From an uncultured bacterium (GTDB lineage: Bacteria; Lernaellota; Lernaellaia; Lernaellales; Lernaellaceae), in NCBI GenBank assembly GCA_964534375.1, contig CAZHPN010000126.1:1-18824 (forward strand): a stretch of DNA of 18,824 nt, in the 5' to 3' direction. Shown here piece after piece: positions 1-9,776 of the stretch. A model generated the notes under the pieces. That model had not been told where the DNA came from. It ran no database searches and saw only the letters and a program-made list of their open reading frames with translations. The stretch's first letter is position 1. Each line of letters begins with the position of its first letter. A program made the position numbers and the translations under genes.

Positions 1-448
1 CCTGCCGCGCGTCGTCGGGCGTGTCGCCGTCGTAGGTGAAGGTCTTGATGTCGGCGCCCAGCCGGCCGATCAGTTGATGAATCTCGTGCATCTGGTCTTG
101 CGCCAGCGCCTTGGTCGGAAACATGTAAAGGGCGCGCGCCTCGGGCTCTTCCAGAATTTTTTGCAGCACCGGCAGGTTGTAGCACAGCGTCTTGCCGCTC
201 GCCGTCGCCGTCGCCAGCACGACGTCGCGGCCGGCGTGCACGGCGTCGACGGCCTCGGCCTGGTGGCTGTACAAGCGGGCCATGCCGGCTTCGGTCAGCA
301 CGCGTCGCAGCTCCGGCCGCACCCAGGCCGGGTACGGCGCGAACGCGCCCGGCGACGCCGGCAGCTCTTTGATCGCCCGCACGTTCTCCATGAACCGCCG
401 GTCGGCCCGCCACCGCTGCAAGATTTCCGCGAGCGTGAGTTTCGCCAT
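1..448 (-). CDS. DEAD/DEAH-box SF2 helicase, MrfA/YprA/Hrq1-like; N-terminal part, runs off the left edge
   Basis: Not in the ORF track; translated by hand from ATG at 448: MAKLTLAEILQRW...LYSHQAEA (Q motif)...ATATASGKTLCYNLPVL (Walker A)...ALYMFPTKALAQDQ (motif Ia)...TYDGDTP. These are signature motifs of YprA/MrfA helicases. Confidence 0.92.
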   Translation of the reverse strand, partial: MAKLTLAEILQRWRADRRFMENVRAIKELPASPGAFAPYPAWVRPELRRVLTEAGMARLYSHQAEAVDAVHAGRDVVLATATASGKTLCYNLPVLQKILEEPEARALYMFPTKALAQDQMHEIHQLIGRLGADIKTFTYDGDTPDDARQ

Positions 449-456
449 GCCCTACG

Positions 457-1884
457 TCACTCGCCCGCCGTGCGCCGCGTCGGCTGCAACGGCACCTCGA
501 CGGTGAAGACCGTCGCCACGCCGGGCTCGCTGCGGACGCTGATCCCGCCGCCGTGCTCCTCGACGATCGCGAATACGGAATAAAGGCCCAGACCCAGCGA
601 ACTCGGCGAGCCGCGCGTCGTGAAAAACGGCTCGAAAATCCGGCGCAGGTGCTGCTTGGCGATGCCCTCGCCGTCGTCCTCGACTTCGACGACCAGGCAG
701 TTCGGCGTCGTGTGGGTGCGTACGGCCACCCGACCGCCCGGCCGCGTGATCGCCTCGAACGCGTTCGCCAGCAGGTTGAAAACCATCTGTTCCAACTGGC
801 TCTCGATGCCCAGCGCCTTCGGCGCGTTTTCTTCGAGATGGGCGTCGACCACGACGCCGCGCCGGCGCCGCACGGGTTCGAGCGCGGACAAGCACCGCAT
901 GATCAAGTGATTGACGTCGACGGGCGTATACACCAGATCGCCGCGCTGCTTGGTCAGGAGCCGCAGGTTGTCCAGCAGCATGCTGATGTGCTGCGCGCTG
1001 GTGAGCACGCGGCGCATGACCTCGCGCGCCTTTTCGGGCCGGTCCTCGTTTTTGAGCACGAACATTTCCACGTCGCTGACGATCACCGACAGCGGATTGG
1101 CCAGATCGTGCAACGCGCCCGCCGCCAGTTTGCCCGCGGCCGAGAAGCGTTCGGCGCGCAGCAATTGCTGGCGCGATAGTTGAATCTGCTGGGCGTCGGC
1201 GCGGGTGCGCTCCATCGCCGCTTCCAGGTCGTGAAAGCCGCGCGCCAACTCTTCGTCGGCCCCGACGAGCCGGTGCTCGAGCAGCCCGATGCGGTTCTCG
1301 GCGGCCTGCCGCCGCCGCAACGCCGCCCAGTTGGCGACGAGCGCGAGCCCGACATAGATCAGCGTGATCACGGCGCGGTACGAGTCGGCGGCGGTGAACG
1401 TCCAACCCGGGCCGAAAAACGACGCCGGGGCGTAAAACCGGCGTAGGAGCGCGACGATCACCAGCGAAACGGCCGTGCCGGCCGCCGCGAATTTCACGAA
1501 GAAGGTGTTGCCGTAATAGAAATTGACGAGGATCGGCCCGAAGAAGAGGACCAGCAACGGGCTGCGCAGGCCGCCGGTCAGGACGAGCAGCGCCGTGATC
1601 GCCGTCAGGTCGCCAATGAGCAACGCGAAGAGCGAGTATGACAGATTGCGCCGGAATATCACACGAATCAGAAACAGCAGCACGCCGCCGAAGAAAATGC
1701 CGATGCAGGCGCCGAAGGGAATCGTCTGCGGGTTGACGAGCTGGAAATTCCACGACGCGCACCACAGCAAACCGACGAAAAACAGAATCGCCGCCCGCGC
1801 CCCGAGCATCGCGATCGTCGTCCGCCGATATTCGCGCATGCTCAGCGAGGAAAGTTTTGTCGTCGCGGATTCCAAACCGTGCAC
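457..1884 (-). CDS. Membrane-bound sensor histidine kinase (HisKA + HATPase_c)
   Basis: About 5-6 hydrophobic segments, a coiled coil, H-box ALHDLANPL, N-box NLLANA, G1 DDGEG, F-box IFEPFFTT and G2 GLGL. The exact start codon is uncertain. Confidence 0.92.
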   Translation of the reverse strand: MHGLESATTKLSSLSMREYRRTTIAMLGARAAILFFVGLLWCASWNFQLVNPQTIPFGACIGIFFGGVLLFLIRVIFRRNLSYSLFALLIGDLTAITALLVLTGGLRSPLLVLFFGPILVNFYYGNTFFVKFAAAGTAVSLVIVALLRRFYAPASFFGPGWTFTAADSYRAVITLIYVGLALVANWAALRRRQAAENRIGLLEHRLVGADEELARGFHDLEAAMERTRADAQQIQLSRQQLLRAERFSAAGKLAAGALHDLANPLSVIVSDVEMFVLKNEDRPEKAREVMRRVLTSAQHISMLLDNLRLLTKQRGDLVYTPVDVNHLIMRCLSALEPVRRRRGVVVDAHLEENAPKALGIESQLEQMVFNLLANAFEAITRPGGRVAVRTHTTPNCLVVEVEDDGEGIAKQHLRRIFEPFFTTRGSPSSLGLGLYSVFAIVEEHGGGISVRSEPGVATVFTVEVPLQPTRRTAGE

Positions 1885-1919
1885 ATCCTTCTGAGTGTAC
1901 TGTTCCGTCCGTTCGCCCC

Positions 1920-1949
1920 AGCATAAACGCGATGAACTGCAGTCGGCAA
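1920..1949 (-). promoter_or_regulatory. Putative sigma70-type promoter for the kinase-helicase pair
   Basis: Minus strand reads TTGCCG (1949-1944), an 18-nt spacer, then TATGCT (1925-1920), in the gap upstream of the kinase. Confidence 0.35.
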
Positions 1950-1989
1950 CCGCAAAGCGCCGAAATCGGGAACGTCGCGCGGCGGCGGC

Positions 1990-2625
1990 TCAGGCGCCCA
2001 ACAGGTCCGCGATCTCGGCCGCGGCGCGTTCGAACAGCGGTTTGATTTCGTCGTTCCGGTCTCGCAAGCGGGCCACGTGGGTCAGATGGAACGCCTCGTC
2101 GCCCGTGCCCGGAAGATTGATCAGCACGTTGAACGACGCGCCTTGCACCGCCGCCCACGCCAGATGCAAGGCGGTCCCGGCGTCGGATAGACAGTTTTTG
2201 TTCGTCTTCGCATACAGCCGCACGACGATCCGCGCGACGCCGGCCGCCGCTTCGACCGTGCGCCGTGGCACGTCCGCCGCCTGCCGCGCCGCCGCCTGCA
2301 TCGCCTGCCGCCGTGCCGCAGCCTGCTCGTCGGTTTCTTTCGGCATCGCCAGCGCGCGGCCGAAGCCATTGTAGACCTCGGCGTCGGCGTCGATCAGCGC
2401 GAGCAGCTCGGCGCGGCGCTGCTCCAACTCGGCGAGCGCCTGCGTCGCCTCGGCCTCGACCGCGGCGTATTTTTTCTTGCCGATCGTCAGGCGGCAGACC
2501 ATCGCCATCAACGCTGCGGCCTGCGCGCCCGCGAGCGCGGCGGCGCTGCCCCCGCCCGGCGCCGGGGCGTCGGAGGCCAACAGCGCCACGAATTCCTCAA
2601 GCGGCAGATCAACCAATTTTGTCAT
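1990..2625 (-). CDS. Formimidoyltetrahydrofolate cyclodeaminase / cyclohydrolase family protein (FTCD C-terminal domain)
   Basis: LASDAPAPGGGSAAALAGA, IDADAEVY, SDAGTA and NVLINL motifs. AGGAG lies 6 nt upstream of ATG at 2625; the alternative ATG is at 2628. Confidence 0.9.
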   Translation of the reverse strand: MTKLVDLPLEEFVALLASDAPAPGGGSAAALAGAQAAALMAMVCRLTIGKKKYAAVEAEATQALAELEQRRAELLALIDADAEVYNGFGRALAMPKETDEQAAARRQAMQAAARQAADVPRRTVEAAAGVARIVVRLYAKTNKNCLSDAGTALHLAWAAVQGASFNVLINLPGTGDEAFHLTHVARLRDRNDEIKPLFERAAAEIADLLGA

Positions 2626-2641
2626 CATCAGCTCCTGAAAC

Positions 2642-2724
2642 ATTGCGGATTTCGGATTGCGGATTGCGGATTGCCGAGCCGGAATCCCGCATCCCGAATC
2701 CCGAGTCCCGAACCCCGAATCCCG
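2642..2724. repeat. Two adjacent 7-bp tandem arrays, (ATTGCGG) x ~4.5 and (AATCCCG) x 6, in quasi-inverted arrangement
   Basis: Read directly: ATTGCGG ATTTCGG ATTGCGG ATTGCGG ATTGC (2642-2674) and AATCCCG CATCCCG AATCCCG AGTCCCG AACCCCG AATCCCG (2683-2724). Confidence 0.9.
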
Positions 2725-2730
2725 CTCGCC

Positions 2731-3726
2731 CTACGCCGTGGCCTCGATCACATATTCCAGGACTTTTTTGACGACCTCGAACGACGCCAAATCGGCGAGG
2801 CCCAATCCCTTCGCCGCCGCGTCGGCCGCCGCGCGGTCGTCGAGACCCGCGCCGCCGTAAAACCGGCCGGCCTGCGCCAGCGCGGCCAGCGGCGTGAGGC
2901 CGACGATCTCCGACCCGGTGACGGCGACGCCGTCCGCCGCGGCCAGTTCTTTGACCTTTTCGAACACGACGTGCATGTTGGTCTGCGTGAAATCGACGAG
3001 GTTGATGCTCACCTGCGCCAGGGTCCGCGTTCCCGCTTGCAGCATGAAGCCCATCGCTTTGACGGCCGGAAACAGCCCCGGAATTTGCCGTTCGCCTTGC
3101 TTGTGGCCGGAGGTCCGAATCGCCTTCGCGATACGGTTCGCCAGGGCGACATCGGCGGTCGCCAGGTTGACGTTGTAAGCGATCAGAAATTGGCGGGCGC
3201 CGACGGCCGACGCGCCCGATTCGGGCACAAATTTCGCCGGGCCGAAATCCGGCGCCCAGTTCCGGTTGGCCAGCCGCTCCGCCAGGCCTTCGTACTCGCC
3301 CTTGCGGACCGCCGCCAGGTCGCGGCGCTCGGGCTTGCGGGCGGCTTCGCCGTACAGGTAAACGGGAATGCCGATCTGGTCGCCGACGCGCCGGCCGAGT
3401 TTGCGCGCGAACTGCGCGCAGTCGGCCATGGACACGCCGCGCACCGGCACGAACGGCACGACGTCCGCCGCGCCCATCCGCGGGTGCTCGCCGTGATGAC
3501 CGCGCATATCGATCAACTGGCAGGCGGCGCGCACGCAGGCGAATGCGCCTTCGACCGCCGTGTCCGGCTCGGCGACGAAGGTGATGACCGTGCGGTTGTA
3601 GGTCGCCTCCGGTTCGACGGACAGCACTTTCGCCCCGGCGCGCCGAATCGCGTCCGCGATCGTCTTGATCTTTTCGAGATCGCGGCCCTCGCTGACGTTC
3701 GGCACGCATTCGACGATTCGATCCAT
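2731..3726 (-). CDS. ftcD: Glutamate formimidoyltransferase (FTCD formiminotransferase domain)
   Basis: Start trimmed to MDRIVECVPNVSEGRD. Motifs NRTVIT, HHGEHPRMGAADVVPFVP, VRKGEYEGL, GARQFLIAYNVNL and GSEIVGL. AAGGA RBS upstream. Confidence 0.95.
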   Translation of the reverse strand: MDRIVECVPNVSEGRDLEKIKTIADAIRRAGAKVLSVEPEATYNRTVITFVAEPDTAVEGAFACVRAACQLIDMRGHHGEHPRMGAADVVPFVPVRGVSMADCAQFARKLGRRVGDQIGIPVYLYGEAARKPERRDLAAVRKGEYEGLAERLANRNWAPDFGPAKFVPESGASAVGARQFLIAYNVNLATADVALANRIAKAIRTSGHKQGERQIPGLFPAVKAMGFMLQAGTRTLAQVSINLVDFTQTNMHVVFEKVKELAAADGVAVTGSEIVGLTPLAALAQAGRFYGGAGLDDRAAADAAAKGLGLADLASFEVVKKVLEYVIEATA

Positions 3727-3728
3727 TT

Positions 3729-3763
3729 CCTTTACCCCGGCCCTCTCCCAACGGGAGAGGGAG
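3729..3763. repeat. REP-like palindrome CCCTCTCCC-AAC-GGGAGAGGG
   Basis: Perfect 9-bp stem at 3741-3749/3753-3761, preceded by CCTTTACCCCGG. It resembles the widespread CCCTCACCCCGGCCCTCTCCC..GGGAGAGGG repeat and fills almost the whole intergenic gap. Confidence 0.75.
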
Positions 3764-3764
3764 T

Positions 3765-4802
3765 TCATGGAAGCAGCGCGGGCGCGGCCGGCGTCTGGAA
3801 GCGTTTCGTCAATTCCTGGGCGAACAGCGCGGCCGACGGCTCCGAATCGAACTCGCCGACCATCAACTCGCACTGCCGGCCGTGCAGCACCAACCGCACG
3901 CGCATGCCGGCCGCGGTGAATTTCTCGGCGGCGCGTTCGGCGTCGCGCAATGACGGGAACACGCCGACGCTCGCCGCGTACTTTTCCTTTTCCACCGGCG
4001 GCGTCGCCGCCAGCGCTTGCCCGACCGCCAACGCGCCCTCGAGACGCTCGCGCGCCTGCACGGCCGCGTCGGCGTCCGGCCAGTCGTGCGTCAATTCGCG
4101 ATAGTAGCGGCGCGCCGCGTCCTTGCGGCCCTGCTTTTCCGCGGCCAGGCCCAGGCTGAGATACGCGGCCGGCAGATCCAACGCGTCCGGCGCGGCGGCC
4201 AGCGCCCGCAAATACGCGGCCTCGGCCGCCTGCCAATTGCCTTGCCGCATCCTGCTTTCCGCGAGCCCGGCCAAGGCCTCCGCGGCGCGCGGACTGTCCG
4301 GCCATTTCGCGAGAAATTTCTGATAGGCGTCGCCGGCGACCGACCCCGCCGGCAGGCTCAACTCGGCCGCGCCGCGCAGCAGCATGACGTGCGGCGCCAA
4401 ATCATGATCGGGGTAATGTTCGGCGAATTCGTCGCACGTCGCCAGCGCCGCGCGGTCCTGTCCGGCCAGATGCAGCAGTTGCGCCAGCTCGGCCAGCGCC
4501 CGCGCCCCTTCCGGCGCCGTCGCGCACTGGTCGGCCGTGCGCCGCAGCCGTGGCCGGGCGTCGAACAAGGCCCGTTCCGCCGACGCCCCGGCCAGCAGCA
4601 GCGCGCACCGCTGGTCGCTCGCCGAATGCTCCGTCAGATATGCGTCCGCCGCCGCATCGGCCGCGGCGGTCTGCTGCGTCTGATACATTTGCAGGATGCG
4701 GTCGGCCTCGGGATCGCTCGCGCGGGCCGCGGCCGGCCATCGCAGGCAAAGCGCCGAAATCAAGAGGAAGGCGGCCGTCAGGAAGTAAGCGTTGGTCTTC
4801 AT
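3765..4802 (-). CDS. Exported tetratricopeptide-repeat protein with C-terminal SPOR domain
   Basis: Start trimmed to MKTNAYFL..., a signal peptide ending AARA. CpoB/BamD-like TPR motifs (EHYPDH, AKWPDSPRAAEAL, HDWPDADAA). SPOR-like tail YAASVGVFPSLRDAERAAEKF...LMVGEFDSEPSAALFAQEL. Confidence 0.8.
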   Translation of the reverse strand: MKTNAYFLTAAFLLISALCLRWPAAARASDPEADRILQMYQTQQTAAADAAADAYLTEHSASDQRCALLLAGASAERALFDARPRLRRTADQCATAPEGARALAELAQLLHLAGQDRAALATCDEFAEHYPDHDLAPHVMLLRGAAELSLPAGSVAGDAYQKFLAKWPDSPRAAEALAGLAESRMRQGNWQAAEAAYLRALAAAPDALDLPAAYLSLGLAAEKQGRKDAARRYYRELTHDWPDADAAVQARERLEGALAVGQALAATPPVEKEKYAASVGVFPSLRDAERAAEKFTAAGMRVRLVLHGRQCELMVGEFDSEPSAALFAQELTKRFQTPAAPALLP

Positions 4803-4834
4803 TCGCCTGACCGTGGGGGAGCCCAGCGCGGCGG

Positions 4835-5203
4835 TCACCCTTTCTGGTCGCCCGTCGGCGCCGGCCGGTAGACGATGTCGTCCTCCGCCGGTCCGCGCAG
4901 CCGGGCCAATTCCGCGCGGCAATCGTCGAGTTCGCGGTGCGCCTTGCGGGTTTCGAGCGTCGCGCGGACGACGGTCGCCAGCGTCATCAGCGCGACCGCC
5001 GCGCCGCCGAGCAGGATGCACAGCGCCATGTACGTGCCGACGTTGAACGCCGCTTTGATTTGATAGGCGCCGAAGTACGGGAACGAGATGCGCCAGTTGA
5101 ACGAGTGCGTCAATTCTTCCCAATTCGAATGCACGACCAGCACGCCCAAAAAGACCAGCGCGATAAAACAAAACGCCCAAATGACGACCATCGCTCGTTT
5201 CAT
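4835..5203 (-). CDS. LapA-family inner-membrane protein
   Basis: Two TM helices followed by a coiled coil (RKAHRELDDCRAELARLR). Its position a few genes downstream of rpsA-ihfB is typical for LapA. Confidence 0.65.
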   Translation of the reverse strand: MKRAMVVIWAFCFIALVFLGVLVVHSNWEELTHSFNWRISFPYFGAYQIKAAFNVGTYMALCILLGGAAVALMTLATVVRATLETRKAHRELDDCRAELARLRGPAEDDIVYRPAPTGDQKG

Positions 5204-5213
5204 GCCGCCGCCC

Positions 5214-5714
5214 TCATCGGTTGCTCGACGTTTTCGACGCGGCCAGCGCCCGCGCCAAGGCCAGGTACGTTTCTTCGATATGTTCGTTCACCACGCGCAC
5301 GTCGGCCAGCACCGGCATGAAGTTCACGTCGCCGGTCCAGCGCGGCACGATGTGCAAATGCAGGTGGTCCTGCACGCCGGCGCCGGCCACGCGGCCGACG
5401 TTGATGCCGAGATTGAAGCCGTGCGGCTGCGCCGTCGCCTCCAGCGCACGCACCGCCAGCTGGGCTAGGGTCATGATTTCCGTCCACATCTCGGGCGGGA
5501 TCTCGGTGATCGCGCCGATGTGCGCATACGGCGAGACCATCAGGTGTCCGTTGGTGTAGGGATATTTGTTCATCATGACGAACGCCAGCGCGCCCCGCGC
5601 CAGCACCAGCGATTTGCGGTCGTCGTCGGATTTGGCGGCGTCGCACAGAATGCACCCGCCGCTTTTTTCGCCTTTGATGTAATCGATCCGCCACGGGGCC
5701 TGGATGGTGTCCAT
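5214..5714 (-). CDS. HIT-family hydrolase (Ap4A phosphorylase/hydrolase-like)
   Basis: Start trimmed to MDTIQAPWRIDYI. Motifs CILC, NKYPYTNGHLMV, GFNLGINVG and the histidine triad HLHLHIVPRW. Confidence 0.93.
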   Translation of the reverse strand: MDTIQAPWRIDYIKGEKSGGCILCDAAKSDDDRKSLVLARGALAFVMMNKYPYTNGHLMVSPYAHIGAITEIPPEMWTEIMTLAQLAVRALEATAQPHGFNLGINVGRVAGAGVQDHLHLHIVPRWTGDVNFMPVLADVRVVNEHIEETYLALARALAASKTSSNR

Positions 5715-5728
5715 GCTGTTCTCCGTGC

Positions 5729-6259
5729 CTACTCGAAACGCGCCCGCCGCCACGTAAGACGGCCCTCGGCGACCGTCAACAAACCGGCGGACGGCTCCGA
5801 CCCGCGCGGGCAAGTGGGGGAACCCGGGTTAAAGTAGGCGACTCCGCAAATAGTTTCAAGACTAGGCTGATGCGTGTGACCGAACACCACCGCGTCCACC
5901 CCGTCGCCGGCGAACGCGGCCGCCACGCGCTCGACGATGCCGGTCGGCGCGCCCCAGCCGTGGATCAAACCGATGCGCCGCCCCGCCGTTTCGACGATGC
6001 GTTTCGCCGGCAGCCGCGGGCCGGGCTCGTCGCAGTTGCCCGCGACCGCCCGCAATTCCACGCCCGGCAAGGCTTCGCCGGCGAGCCAGTCGAGGTCGCC
6101 GACGTCCCCCGCGTGCAGCACCAACTGCACGCCGGCGAACGGCCCGGCGAGCAGCCGCCGATACGGCGCGGGGTCGTCGCCCGCGGCGCAATGCGTGTCG
6201 GCGAGAATGCCGACGCGGACCGCCACGCTCGGCGCGCGGCCGGGCGGGGCGAGGGTCAT
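5729..6259 (-). CDS. YfcE-family metallophosphoesterase
   Basis: Motifs DTH, HAGD, GNCD, IHG, GHTH and FNPGS. The start overlaps the ihfB stop (ATGA). Confidence 0.92.
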   Translation of the reverse strand: MTLAPPGRAPSVAVRVGILADTHCAAGDDPAPYRRLLAGPFAGVQLVLHAGDVGDLDWLAGEALPGVELRAVAGNCDEPGPRLPAKRIVETAGRRIGLIHGWGAPTGIVERVAAAFAGDGVDAVVFGHTHQPSLETICGVAYFNPGSPTCPRGSEPSAGLLTVAEGRLTWRRARFE

Positions 6260-6546
6260 TTGGCGCTCGGCGAATCGACCAACTTTTTCAATTCTTTTCC
6301 GGCTTTGAAAAACGGCACTTTCTTGGTCGGCACGTTGACTTTTTCGGCGGTCTTCGGATTGCGCCCCAGCCGCGAGCGGCGTTCGCGCAAATGAAAGCTG
6401 CCGAACCCGCGGATTTCGATGCGGTCGCCTTCCTTCAGCGCGTTGGTCATTCGTTCAAAGATGGTTTCGACGATCACTTCGGCGTCGCGTTTCCGTTTGC
6501 CCGAAATGCGATCGGCCAGAATGGCGATCAAATCGCTCTTGGTCAT
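6256..6546 (-). CDS. ihfB: Integration host factor subunit beta
   Basis: MTKSDLI...GDRIEIRGFGSF...GRNPKT...VPFFKAGKELK, located downstream of rpsA/sppA. Confidence 0.9.
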   Translation of the reverse strand: MTKSDLIAILADRISGKRKRDAEVIVETIFERMTNALKEGDRIEIRGFGSFHLRERRSRLGRNPKTAEKVNVPTKKVPFFKAGKELKKLVDSPSAK

Positions 6547-6565
6547 CCCGCGAACCCCTTCCGTC

Positions 6566-7471
6566 TCAATGAAAATAAAGTCGCCCGCCGGCGCCCGAGG
6601 CCGCAAGACCCTTGATCGACTTTTGCAGACGATCGTCGAAACGATCGAAGAAATAGTCGAGAAAATCGGGTTTGCGTTTCTTGGGGAAAATCAAATTGAG
6701 TTTGCCCTTGACGCCGAGTTTCTCTTTCAACACATCGACCGCATCGTAAAACGTGCCCAGGCGATCGACCAGACCCAGGTCCAGCGCTTGCTGCCCGGAA
6801 AAGACGCGGCCGTCGGCGATTTGTTCGACGTCGTCCGGCGCCAAGCCGCGCCCCTCGGCCACGGCGTCGACAAATTGCTCGCGGACGTCGTCGATCGTCT
6901 CCTGCAATATCTGTCGTTCGTCCGGCGTCATCGGCCGCGCAAAATTGCCCGTGTCCTTGAACTTGCCGGATTTCACGACCTCGGATTTCAGCCCCAGTTT
7001 TTCCAGGGCGCCTTCCGCGTTCATGAATTCCATGATCACGCCGATCGAGCCGGTCAGCGTGCCCGGATTGGCGACGATCGTCTCGCACCCCGACGCCACG
7101 TAATACCCGCCCGACGCCGCCGTCGAACCGAGCGTGGCCACCACCGGTTTGCCCGCCTTCGCCGCCTTGCGCAACTCGCTGTAAATCTCCTGCGTCGGCG
7201 CCACCGCCCCGCCCGGCGAGTCGATACGCACCAGCAGACCGCGCACGTTGTCGTCCTCGACGTAATCCCGAATTTGTTCCGTGATCTTCTCACTGGTTTC
7301 GATGACGCCCACGATGTCGATCACGCCGATTTCCTCGCTGTCGCTCCAGACGGTCGTCGAAAACTTCTTCGTCTTCCCCAGCGCCGAGAACGAGGCCATC
7401 ACCAGCACGAAAAACACCGCCGCGACCAGGCCGACTACGAGAAAGCCGAAGAGGATCGGGTGCTTTCTCAC
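6566..7471 (-). CDS. sppA: Signal peptide peptidase SppA (36K type, peptidase S49)
   Basis: Motifs RIDSPGG, AASGGYY, TGSIGV, KSGKFKD and ADGRVF. GTG start at 7471 with an AGGAG RBS and an N-terminal membrane anchor. Confidence 0.95.
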   Translation of the reverse strand: MRKHPILFGFLVVGLVAAVFFVLVMASFSALGKTKKFSTTVWSDSEEIGVIDIVGVIETSEKITEQIRDYVEDDNVRGLLVRIDSPGGAVAPTQEIYSELRKAAKAGKPVVATLGSTAASGGYYVASGCETIVANPGTLTGSIGVIMEFMNAEGALEKLGLKSEVVKSGKFKDTGNFARPMTPDERQILQETIDDVREQFVDAVAEGRGLAPDDVEQIADGRVFSGQQALDLGLVDRLGTFYDAVDVLKEKLGVKGKLNLIFPKKRKPDFLDYFFDRFDDRLQKSIKGLAASGAGGRLYFH

Positions 7472-7534
7472 CGCTTCTCCTGCCGCCGGGCGGCTTCGCA
7501 CGCGGTCCGCGGGCGACCGCGCGCCTTACGCTGT

Positions 7535-7562
7535 CGGCGGCGCGGCTCACGCCGCGCCGCCG
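7535..7562 (-). other. Perfect 12-bp GC hairpin with a GNRA (GUGA) tetraloop on the mRNA strand, between rpsA and sppA
   Basis: CGGCGGCGCGGC-TCAC-GCCGCGCCGCCG. There is no U-tract, so it is not a canonical intrinsic terminator. Confidence 0.6.
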
Positions 7563-7601
7563 CGGGGTTTCGTTGTCGTGACGGCGGCGACGCCGGTTCG
7601 C

Positions 7602-9548
<1,947 letters not shown>

Positions 9549-9776
9549 TAATCCAGTTTCCTTTCGCATTTATTTCGCTCGCCCGTAGGCGTTCGATGCG
9601 CACCGCAATCTTAAGCATTTCCCGCACGGATGGTTCAGCCAGGTCACCCCGAGAACAAAAAACACAAGATTTCAACGGTTTGTGTTCATCCACCGCGAAA
9701 AACGGAAGCAGATTTTAGCGTTTCGGTCGGCGGCTGGCAAGAGGCTGTTTTGCCTACAAAAAATGCATCGCCGGCG

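Noticed and set aside
3727..5180. Extended N-termini in the ORF track (ftcD to 4305, TPR-SPOR to 5180; likewise HIT to 5813, permease to 13675, LolA-like to 16044)
   Set aside because: The extensions overlap neighbouring genes. Family N-termini, RBS motifs and stop/start coupling support the shorter starts.
9570..9776. rpsA promoter in the AT-richer intergenic region
   Set aside because: Candidate boxes (TTGAAA, TAAGAT) exist on the minus strand but not at a usable spacing, so no specific call is supportable.
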